A DNA stretch of 64,000 nucleotides, taken from the NCBI GenBank assembly GCA_041663425.1, contig JBAYMS010000001.1, positions 8,884-72,883 of the forward strand, read 5' to 3'. The stretch is from Candidatus Omnitrophota bacterium (GTDB lineage: Bacteria > Omnitrophota > Gorgyraeia > 2-01-FULL-45-10). The notes beneath the pieces are model-generated. The model saw only the letters and a list, made by a program, of their open reading frames with translations. It had not been told where the DNA came from and made no database searches. Each line of letters starts with the position of its first letter. The first letter of the stretch is position 1. A program made the translations under genes and the position numbers. Of the stretch, positions 31,864-39,606 are shown piece by piece.

Positions 31864-32808
31864 ATGGCAGAGAAGAAGATAGTCTGGACGAAGAAAGACC
31901 TTCTGGGGCTCGAATATCTTTCCAAAGAAGAGATCGAGCTCATTTTATATACAGCCGGAAGCTTTAAAGAAGTTACAACACGCCAGATAAAGAAAGTGCC
32001 CGCCCTGCGCGGCAAAACGGTGGTCAATTTATTCTATGAGCCCTCAACTAGAACGCGCACGTCGTTTGAACTTGCCGCAAAGCGCCTCTCAGCCGATGTC
32101 GTGAATATAGAGATAGAGACCTCCAGTGTGCGGAAAGGCGAGACCCTGATAGATACGGGGCGCAATATCGAAGCGCTGAAGATAGATATAATAGTGGTTC
32201 GGCACAACTGCAGCGGCGCTCCGATGATACTGGCGCGCAATGTGCAGGCGCGCGTGGTGAATGCCGGCGATGGATGGCATGAACATCCCACGCAGGCACT
32301 CCTGGATATGTTCACCCTGAAATCAAAACTCGGAAGAATCGAAGATCTGAAGGTAAGCATAATAGGCGACATAGCTCACTCACGTGTGGCACGGTCAAAT
32401 ATATGGGGGCTTACAAAGCTGGGCGCTAAAGTGACCGTATGCGCGCCGAAGCTTTTGGTTCCGGAAGGAATAGAAAAGATGGGCGTTAAGGTAACGACCG
32501 ACATAAGCGAAGCGCTCGAAGGGGCTGACGCGATAAATGTGCTTCGCATGCAATTTGAACGGGACGGTGCCATGGCATTTCCTTCGAAGCTGGAATATTT
32601 CAAGCAATATGGCATTACGGCCGAGCGTCTTTCGAAATGCAAAAAAGATATAGTTGTAATGCACCCGGGGCCGATAAACAGGGGCGTGGAGATGTCGAGC
32701 GAGGTAGCTGACGGGAAGAACTCGGTAATACTTGAGCAGGTGACCAACGGTATAGCGGTGAGGATGGCGGTCCTGTATCTGGTGGCTCACACAAAAGAGG
32801 CAGCATGA
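31864..32808 (+). CDS. pyrB: Aspartate carbamoyltransferase catalytic subunit
   Basis: It has the STRTR motif (EPSTRTRTSFE) and HPTQ. Confidence 0.9.
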   Translation: MAEKKIVWTKKDLLGLEYLSKEEIELILYTAGSFKEVTTRQIKKVPALRGKTVVNLFYEPSTRTRTSFELAAKRLSADVVNIEIETSSVRKGETLIDTGRNIEALKIDIIVVRHNCSGAPMILARNVQARVVNAGDGWHEHPTQALLDMFTLKSKLGRIEDLKVSIIGDIAHSRVARSNIWGLTKLGAKVTVCAPKLLVPEGIEKMGVKVTTDISEALEGADAINVLRMQFERDGAMAFPSKLEYFKQYGITAERLSKCKKDIVVMHPGPINRGVEMSSEVADGKNSVILEQVTNGIAVRMAVLYLVAHTKEAA

Positions 32809-34094
32809 GTAAACAATATCTTATAAAAGACGGAAGAGTGGTCGATCCCGCCAATAAAATAAACGATATTTTCGATATATTAATATCCGACGGGAAAATA
32901 GAAAAAACCGGCAAAAATTTAAATATTAAATCAGGCGAGACTATCGATGCTAAAGGAAAGATAGTTGCGCCAGGATTTATAGATATGCATGTTCATTTGC
33001 GAGAGCCCGGGCGGGAAGATGAAGAGACGGTCAGAACCGGATCCAGGGCGGCAGTCCACGGAGGATTTACCAGCATCCTTTGTATGCCAAATACCGATCC
33101 GGCTATTGATAATCCGGCAGTCGTGAAAAACCTGAAAGATATAATCGCCAAAGATGCCGTCTGCAACGTTTTTATAGCCGGCGCTGTTACCGAAGGCCGC
33201 ACGGGTAAAAAACTTACCGATTTTGATAACTTAAAATCCGCGGGAGTCATAGCGCTCTCCGATGACGGATCTCCGACGCCGGATAGTATGATCGACGAAG
33301 CTCTTAAGCGTTCAATGAAAGCAGGGCTTCTGCTCACAGAGCATTGTGAAGTGCCGCGGCTATCGCAGGGCGGTGTTATGAATAAAGGATTTATTTCAAC
33401 GAAGCTTGGCCTGAAAGGCATTTCCGCGCAATCAGAATATGAAGCGGTAAAACGCAATATCGACATCGCTGAAAAATTATCCGCGCGCATCCATATTGCC
33501 CACGTCAGCTGTAAAGAGTCGGTAGAGTTTATAAGGCAAGCTAAAAAGAAAGGCGTTCAGGTTACTACGGAGACAGCGCCGCATTACTTTGCGTTGAGTG
33601 AAGAATGCTGCGCTACATATGACACAAACACCAAGATCAACCCGCCTTTGCGGAGCATGGCGGATGTTGACGCGATAAAGGCAGGGCTTGCGGACGGCAC
33701 CATAGATGTGATAGCGACAGATCATGCACCCCACACAGATTCAGAAAAAGATGTCGAGTTTGATTATGCGCCGTTCGGGAAAATAGGCCTTGAAAGCGCT
33801 TTACCTGTCAGCGTTATGGAGCTTGTCGATAAGAAGATCTTATCATGGGATGAGCTTATAAAAAAGTTGTCAGCCAATCCTGCTAAAATACTGGGCGTGC
33901 CAGGCGGTAGATTAAGTAAAGGCGATCCTGCGGATATAACCATAATAGATCCCGATAAAGAATATATATTGAAAAAAGATATTATAGAATCGAAATCAAA
34001 AAATTCACCCTTCATAGGCTGGAAGGTGAAAGGGAGAATATCCACGGTTTTTGTAAAAGGCACAATAGTAATGAAGGATGAAATAATGTTATAA
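32805..34094 (+). CDS. pyrC: Dihydroorotase
   Basis: It has the amidohydrolase motifs DMHVHLREPG and DHAPH. Confidence 0.9.
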   Translation: MSKQYLIKDGRVVDPANKINDIFDILISDGKIEKTGKNLNIKSGETIDAKGKIVAPGFIDMHVHLREPGREDEETVRTGSRAAVHGGFTSILCMPNTDPAIDNPAVVKNLKDIIAKDAVCNVFIAGAVTEGRTGKKLTDFDNLKSAGVIALSDDGSPTPDSMIDEALKRSMKAGLLLTEHCEVPRLSQGGVMNKGFISTKLGLKGISAQSEYEAVKRNIDIAEKLSARIHIAHVSCKESVEFIRQAKKKGVQVTTETAPHYFALSEECCATYDTNTKINPPLRSMADVDAIKAGLADGTIDVIATDHAPHTDSEKDVEFDYAPFGKIGLESALPVSVMELVDKKILSWDELIKKLSANPAKILGVPGGRLSKGDPADITIIDPDKEYILKKDIIESKSKNSPFIGWKVKGRISTVFVKGTIVMKDEIML

Positions 34095-34105
34095 GAGGGA
34101 CAGCA

Positions 34106-35341
34106 ATGCCATTTATCGCCGACTTCCATATACACTCAAAATACTCACGCGCGACGGCAAAAGATATGGATCTGGCCTCGCTGGCAAAATGGGCGAAGAT
34201 AAAAGGCGTTGCAATGCTGGGCACCGGCGATTTTACCCACCCTTCGTGGTTTTCGGAACTTAAAAATAAATTAAAAGAAACAGATGCACCGGGCGTTTAT
34301 GAATACGAAGGCATATTATTCATACTGACGGCTGAAGTTTCAAATATATATTTTAAGGCAGGCAGGACCAGGAAAGTACACAATATAATATTTGCCCCAT
34401 CGCTTAATGCGGCTGAGGAAATAACTTCCGCAGTATCGGAATACGGCGAACTTTCCAGCGACGGCAGGCCGATCCTGAGTGTAGAATGCGACAGGATGGT
34501 CAGGCTCCTTACCAGGATAGACCCGAAGATTTTCTTTGTCCCCGCTCATGCGTGGACGCCGCACTTCAGTGTGTTCGGTTCGAATTCCGGATTTGACCTG
34601 CCCGAAGAGTGTTACGAAGACCAGACGGACAAAATATTTTCGATAGAGACCGGGTTGTCGAGCGATCCGGCCATGAACTGGCGCTGGTCCAGGCTCGACA
34701 GGTTTTGCATGACGTCCAACTCTGATGCGCATTCTCCGTCGAAAATAGGGCGCGAGGCGAATGTATTTAAAGATAAAATAAATTACACTGAGCTCATTGA
34801 TATACTTAAGAAAAAAGATAAGGCGCGGTTCCTTTACACGATAGAATTTTTTCCTGAAGAAGGAAAATACCACTGGGACGGGCACAGGGACTGCAAGGCA
34901 AGGTTTCCGCCGCGGGAAGCGATGAAGTTAAATAATATTTGCCCTGTCTGCGGCAAGAAGGTTACAATAGGTGTTATGCACAGGCTCGAAGGCCTGGCAG
35001 ACAGAAGCGAAGGATATGCCGATGCGGCGAGCCCTTCTTATAAAAGATTGGTGCCGCTGGCGGAGATCATAGGAAGTGCTTTTGGTGTAGGTACGGAATC
35101 CCTGAAGGTAGAAAGGGAATATTTCCGGTTAATTAAAAATTTCGGAACAGAATTTAATATGCTCCTGTATATGAACGAAAAGGAGCTTCGCGAAAGTCTC
35201 CCGGAGAGGATCGCCAGAGGAATTATAAACGTCCGCAGCGGCGATATCGAAATAAATCCGGGCTACGATGGAGAATACGGGAAAGTAACGGTTTTCAAAG
35301 AAGGCGACACGGCTCAGGATAAGCAGATGAGCTTCTTATAG
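34106..35341 (+). CDS. PHP-domain protein with a C-terminal CPVCG zinc finger (EndoQ-like / TIGR00375-type)
   Basis: The N-terminus is MPFIADFHIHSKYSRATAKDM...LGTGDFTHP (PHP motif I), and it carries NICPVCGKK. It is embedded between pyrC and pyrK. Confidence 0.5.
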   Translation: MPFIADFHIHSKYSRATAKDMDLASLAKWAKIKGVAMLGTGDFTHPSWFSELKNKLKETDAPGVYEYEGILFILTAEVSNIYFKAGRTRKVHNIIFAPSLNAAEEITSAVSEYGELSSDGRPILSVECDRMVRLLTRIDPKIFFVPAHAWTPHFSVFGSNSGFDLPEECYEDQTDKIFSIETGLSSDPAMNWRWSRLDRFCMTSNSDAHSPSKIGREANVFKDKINYTELIDILKKKDKARFLYTIEFFPEEGKYHWDGHRDCKARFPPREAMKLNNICPVCGKKVTIGVMHRLEGLADRSEGYADAASPSYKRLVPLAEIIGSAFGVGTESLKVEREYFRLIKNFGTEFNMLLYMNEKELRESLPERIARGIINVRSGDIEINPGYDGEYGKVTVFKEGDTAQDKQMSFL

Positions 35342-35347
35342 GAAAAC

Positions 35348-36151
35348 ATGAAACAGCTGAACGAAAAAATACTGGATAATAAAAAGATGGGTGCAGGGTT
35401 CTGGCGCATGCGCATCTGTTCTGCGTATCTCGCCGGAAAGGCAAAGCCGGGGCAGTTTGTAGAGGTGAGGTGTTCGGCAGGCTCGGATCCGCTTTTGCGC
35501 AGGCCTTTGGGCATTCACAGGATCATAAAAGGCGGCGCGGAACTTTTATATGAAGTGGTCGGCAAAGGTACGGACATACTCTCTCAGAAGAAGAAGGGCG
35601 AGGAACTCGACCTGATAGGGCCCCTCGGAAACGGTTTTGATGTCCCCGGCCGTAAAGGGATAGCGATACTTGTTGCCGGCGGTAACGGAGTGGCTCCGTT
35701 ATTCGCGCTTGCGGAGAAAATTGAAAAGCTGGGATGGAAAGTTAAAGTGCTGATAGGTGCGCGCCACAATACGCATATTTTATGCGAAAAAGAATTTAAA
35801 TCGCTCGGGGCAGAGGTTATCGTTGCCACAGAGGATGGGTCAAAAGGACACAAAGGCCTTGTGACGCATCTACTGAAAACGGAGCTGGCAGGGGCACAAA
35901 CCGGTAAAGTAGTGAATGTATATGCCTGCGGGCCCATGGGGATGCTTAAGGCTGTCGCAAATATAGCGCGCGATTACAGAGCGCCGTGTCAGGTTTCGCT
36001 CGAGGAACGCATGGCATGCGGTGTAGGCGTGTGTCTGGGCTGCCCTGTTAAAATAAAAATAGGGCACGGGATAAACGAAGCCGGCTATACATATAAGATG
36101 GTTTGTAAAGACGGGCCTGTATTCGATGCAGAAGAAGTTTTCTGGGAATAA
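35348..36151 (+). CDS. pyrK: Dihydroorotate dehydrogenase electron transfer subunit
   Basis: It has an FAD/NAD-binding fold and a C-terminal Cys cluster CGVGVCLGCPV. Confidence 0.85.
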   Translation: MKQLNEKILDNKKMGAGFWRMRICSAYLAGKAKPGQFVEVRCSAGSDPLLRRPLGIHRIIKGGAELLYEVVGKGTDILSQKKKGEELDLIGPLGNGFDVPGRKGIAILVAGGNGVAPLFALAEKIEKLGWKVKVLIGARHNTHILCEKEFKSLGAEVIVATEDGSKGHKGLVTHLLKTELAGAQTGKVVNVYACGPMGMLKAVANIARDYRAPCQVSLEERMACGVGVCLGCPVKIKIGHGINEAGYTYKMVCKDGPVFDAEEVFWE

Positions 36152-36155
36152 AAAT

Positions 36156-37079
36156 ATGAAACCTGATCTTCAAGTAAAAATAGGAACGCTGAAACTTAAA
36201 AACCCGGTCATGGTAGCGTCGGGGACATTCGGCGCTGAATACCGGGAGCTTGTCGATGTCGGTAAGCTGGGTGCGATAGTCACCAAGACCATTACGCTAA
36301 ACGGTCGCGCCGGCAATCCTGCCCCGAGAGTGGCGGAGGCATCTTCAGGTATGCTCAATTCGATAGGACTGGAAAACAAAGGGCTGGAAGATTTTATAAA
36401 CAAAAAAATACCGGCTTTTCCGGGCGGTGATACCAAACTTATTGTAAGTATTGCCGGAGACACCGAAGGTGAATTTACGCGCATGGTCGGAGAGCTCGAC
36501 AAAGTGAAGAAGGTGAGCGCTATAGAGATCAACCTCTCCTGCCCAAACGTAAAGCACGGCAGCAGGACCGGACTTACTGCCCAGGATGAGGACGCATCAT
36601 ACAGTGTAGTGCGCGCTGTGCGCAGGGCGACGGGACTGCCGATCATAGCGAAGCTTACTCCGAACGTAACCGATATAGCGAAGATAGCTGTGGCTGTGGA
36701 GAAGGCCGGTGCCGACGCTATCCTCGCAGTTAATACATTTGCCGCTATGGCTATCGATATCGAGACCCGCAGGCCTAAGCTCGGGAACGTGACGGGCGGT
36801 TTAAGCGGTCCGGCGATAAAACCTATAGCGCTGAAGATGATATGGGACATTTACAATAAAGTAGAAATCCCTATAATAGGTGTGGGCGGTATCATGAATT
36901 ATAAAGATGCCGTTGAATTTATGCTCTGCGGCGCGGCAGCGATACAGGTCGGCACGGCTACATTTGTAAATCCAAACACAGCGATCGAGATCATAAAAGG
37001 ACTTAATAAATACTGCAGTGATAAAAATATAAAAAATATGTCCGAGCTCGTCGGAAATATTAATATAGGCCGCTTGTAG
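36156..37079 (+). CDS. pyrD: Dihydroorotate dehydrogenase catalytic subunit (class 1B)
   Basis: The likely start is MKPDLQVKIGTLKLKNPV at 36156. It has a TIM-barrel DHOD with GGIMNYKDAVEFMLCGAAAIQVGTA. Confidence 0.9.
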   Translation: MKPDLQVKIGTLKLKNPVMVASGTFGAEYRELVDVGKLGAIVTKTITLNGRAGNPAPRVAEASSGMLNSIGLENKGLEDFINKKIPAFPGGDTKLIVSIAGDTEGEFTRMVGELDKVKKVSAIEINLSCPNVKHGSRTGLTAQDEDASYSVVRAVRRATGLPIIAKLTPNVTDIAKIAVAVEKAGADAILAVNTFAAMAIDIETRRPKLGNVTGGLSGPAIKPIALKMIWDIYNKVEIPIIGVGGIMNYKDAVEFMLCGAAAIQVGTATFVNPNTAIEIIKGLNKYCSDKNIKNMSELVGNINIGRL

Positions 37080-37088
37080 AACTCGCGG

Positions 37089-37122
37089 CACTTAGCCACA
37101 CCGTGGCTTAATAAACTTGGAG
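37089..37122 (+). repeat. Copy A of the repeated leader motif CACTTAG-[GCCAC..GTGGC hairpin]-TTAATAAACTTGGAG, immediately 5' of pyrF
   Basis: The sequence is CACTTAGCCACACCGTGGCTTAATAAACTTGGAG. Two more copies lie at 55047-55133. It supplies a GGAG RBS 5 nt before the ATG. Confidence 0.5.
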
Positions 37123-37126
37123 CATT

Positions 37127-37840
37127 ATGACATCCATTAATAAATTGATAGTAGCGCTCGATGTAAATACCGAAGAAAAAGCGGTCGCCCTGGCTGAGAC
37201 GCTGAAAAATGAAGTGAGATTTCTCAAGATAGGCCTTGAGTTATTTTCAGCATGCGGGCCGAAGATAGTGGAGAGGATAAAAGAGACCGGCTGCGATGTA
37301 TTCCTCGACCTGAAATTTCATGACATTCCGACAACAGTTATGAAAGCCGCAGCAGCGGTAACTGCGCTCGAGCCTTTCATGTTCAATGTGCACGCGCTGG
37401 GCGGATATGAGATGATGAAACGGACTGCCGAGGCTGTAGCGAGCGAGACCTCAAGGCTCGAAATAGTAAAACCGAAAGTTCTGGCGGTGACGATACTTAC
37501 CAGCATGGACGAAAAGGCGATGAGAGAGATAGGGCTATCCTTAAATCCGAAAGACGCGGTTCTGAAATTGGCTGCTCTGGCGAAAAAAGCGGGCTTAGAC
37601 GGAGTGGTGGCTTCACCGTCCGAGACGAAAGCCATAAGGGAAGAGCTGGGCGAGGATTTTATTATAGTGACTCCGGGTGTGCGTCCGGAATGGGCCGCAG
37701 TAAATGATCAGAAGAGGGTCGCCACACCGAAAGCGGCAATAAAAGACGGCGCAAATTATATAGTTGTCGGCCGTCCGATAACGGAATATAAAGATCCTGC
37801 CGAAGCGGCCAGGCAGATACGAAAAGAGATGGAGATATGA
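37127..37840 (+). CDS. pyrF: Orotidine 5'-phosphate decarboxylase
   Basis: It reads LIVALDV...DLKFHDIPTT. Confidence 0.9.
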   Translation: MTSINKLIVALDVNTEEKAVALAETLKNEVRFLKIGLELFSACGPKIVERIKETGCDVFLDLKFHDIPTTVMKAAAAVTALEPFMFNVHALGGYEMMKRTAEAVASETSRLEIVKPKVLAVTILTSMDEKAMREIGLSLNPKDAVLKLAALAKKAGLDGVVASPSETKAIREELGEDFIIVTPGVRPEWAAVNDQKRVATPKAAIKDGANYIVVGRPITEYKDPAEAARQIRKEMEI

Positions 37841-38406
37841 ACGAGAAAGAAGTTTTGGATGTATTTAATAAAAAGAATGCGTTGTTAACAGGCCATTTCA
37901 AATTATCGAGCGGCCTTCACAGTAAAAATTATCTGCAATGCGCCCTGATATTGCAGTATCCGGACATCGCGGAAGAGCTTTCGAAAGAGATAGCGAAAAG
38001 AGTTTCAAAAGAAAATATAGATGTGGTTGTAGGACCAGCTCTGGGCGGGGTAACATTTGCTTATGAGATCGCGAGAGCACTTAAAGTGCGCGGGCTATTT
38101 ACGGAACGACAGGAAGGTGCGATGGTGCTGCGCCGCGGTTTTACTATATCGCCGGGTGAGAAAGTTCTTGTGGCAGAAGACGTTATAACAACGGGCGGTT
38201 CTACTAAAGAAGTCATCGAAGTTGTAAAAAAGCTGGGCGGTATCGTGGTCGGAGTAGCGAGCATAATAGACAGAAGCTCAGAGCCTGTGGACTTCGGCGT
38301 GCCGTTTACGGCTCTTGCCAGGATAAAGGTTGAGACTTTCAAAGAAGAAGATTGTCCTCTCTGTAAGGCAAAAACCCCGATAACAAAGCCCGGCTCGAGA
38401 AAATAA
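37837..38406 (+). CDS. pyrE: Orotate phosphoribosyltransferase
   Basis: It has the PRTase motif VLVAEDVITTGGS. Confidence 0.9.
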   Translation: MNEKEVLDVFNKKNALLTGHFKLSSGLHSKNYLQCALILQYPDIAEELSKEIAKRVSKENIDVVVGPALGGVTFAYEIARALKVRGLFTERQEGAMVLRRGFTISPGEKVLVAEDVITTGGSTKEVIEVVKKLGGIVVGVASIIDRSSEPVDFGVPFTALARIKVETFKEEDCPLCKAKTPITKPGSRK

Positions 38407-38466
38407 GCATAAATTCTAAATTATTGCGTCCGGACGGGCGGTTATGGTATTATATTTTCCACTTTA

Positions 38467-38541
38467 GGGCAAGTAGCTCAATGGCGGAGCAATCGGTTTA
38501 CATCCGATAGGTTACAGGTTCGACCCCTGTCTTGCCCACCA
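38467..38541 (+). tRNA. tRNA-Val (anticodon TAC)
   Basis: The sequence is GGGCAAGTAGCTCAATGGCGGAGCAATCGGTTTACATCCGATAGGTTACAGGTTCGACCCCTGTCTTGCCCACCA. Confidence 0.8.
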
Positions 38542-38616
38542 CTTCTCTGAATAACCCAAGCCATGCAGTCCCGAGGAGATGTGGTTTGACTGATGCGACG
38601 AGGGACACTTAACCCT

Positions 38617-38859
38617 ATGAGCAAGTGGACTGTTTATATTCTTAAATGTAATGACGCTTCTTTATATACCGGCATTACGACCGATCTTGAAAAACGGGTA
38701 AAAAAGCACAATGAAGGCCGTGCTGCGAAGTACACGAGAGCAAAAAGGCCTGTTTCAGTGGTTTATACTGAAGGCGCTGTTAATTCATCCTCAGCTAAAA
38801 AGAGAGAAGCCGAGATAAAAAAATTATCTCGACAAGCTAAGGTAGAGCTGATAAAATAA
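38617..38859 (+). CDS. GIY-YIG nuclease family protein (UPF0213-like)
   Basis: It reads WTVYILKCNDASLYTGITTDLEKRVKKHNEG. The likely start is MSKW at 38617. It lies between two tRNAs. Confidence 0.7.
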   Translation: MSKWTVYILKCNDASLYTGITTDLEKRVKKHNEGRAAKYTRAKRPVSVVYTEGAVNSSSAKKREAEIKKLSRQAKVELIK

Positions 38860-38873
38860 GCTTCCAGATTTCC

Positions 38874-38950
38874 GGGGACGTAGTTCAGTTGGTTAGAACG
38901 TCAGATTGTCGATCTGAAGGTCGCGGGTTCGACCCCCGTCGTCCCCGCCA
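38874..38950 (+). tRNA. tRNA-Asp (anticodon GTC)
   Basis: The sequence is GGGGACGTAGTTCAGTTGGTTAGAACGTCAGATTGTCGATCTGAAGGTCGCGGGTTCGACCCCCGTCGTCCCCGCCA. Confidence 0.85.
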
Positions 38951-38985
38951 TATAGAAACAGTAACTGGTTTAATACCAGATGATT

Positions 38986-39030
38986 AGCCGTAACAAGTTG
39001 TAAATTCAACTGGTTACGGCTATTTTATTT
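38986..39030 (+). terminator. Intrinsic terminator after tRNA-Asp
   Basis: A perfect 9-bp stem AGCCGTAAC / GTTACGGCT with a 18-nt loop is followed by ATTTTATTT. Confidence 0.55.
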
Positions 39031-39104
39031 ATCTTGCGTGTTTTGGAAATTAGCGCTATTCTTGGAAGTGATGGCACAAAAATGGCACAGTCATAGGGCT
39101 CCGA

Positions 39105-39599
39105 ATGGCGAATAATATTGATGTTTCAAAACTTCCGCTAAGCAAGATATTGATTTTGTTTGGCGACTTAATGGATGAGCTGAAGAAAAGAGGCGTTGTT
39201 AGAACGCGTAATAATCCGGTAGCTGACTATGCCGAATGGCTAACGGTAAGAGTCTTTAGTCTTGGCATCCAAACAAGCTCTAACAAAGGCTTTGATGCCA
39301 TTGATAAAAAAGGAATTCGATACCAAATAAAAGGCCGTAGGCTCGATGCTTCAAACCCATCCCGGCAATTGGGGGTTATTCGCGATCTTGATAAAAAGGG
39401 ATTCGATTTTCTTATCGCTATCATATTTAACAAAGATTTTACTATTCACGATGCCTATAAAATTCCGCACGAGCTCATAGGCGAATACGCTCGTTATAGT
39501 AAACATCAAAATGGATATATATTACACCTTAAAGGAAAAATTCTTCTGGCAAAAGGCGTTGAGAATATTACCGGAGCATTAAGCAAAGTTTCGGCATGA
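39105..39599 (+). CDS. Hypothetical small protein, possibly PD-(D/E)xK nuclease-like, 8 bp upstream of the PHP-ATPase gene
   Basis: It is 164 aa. Candidate catalytic motifs are GFDAID ... YQIKG (D...(E/Q)xK). I recognise no family for it, and the motif assignment is tentative. Confidence 0.35.
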   Translation: MANNIDVSKLPLSKILILFGDLMDELKKRGVVRTRNNPVADYAEWLTVRVFSLGIQTSSNKGFDAIDKKGIRYQIKGRRLDASNPSRQLGVIRDLDKKGFDFLIAIIFNKDFTIHDAYKIPHELIGEYARYSKHQNGYILHLKGKILLAKGVENITGALSKVSA

Positions 39600-39606
39600 G
39601 GAGATT

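Noticed and set aside
39072-39087. TGGCAC-N5-TGGCA resembling a sigma54 -24/-12 promoter upstream of the island's first ORF
   Set aside because: The -12 element is TGGCA rather than TTGCA. The element ends only about 17 nt before the ATG, which leaves almost no leader. It may simply be a short direct repeat TGGCACA. No sigma54 activator is evident nearby.
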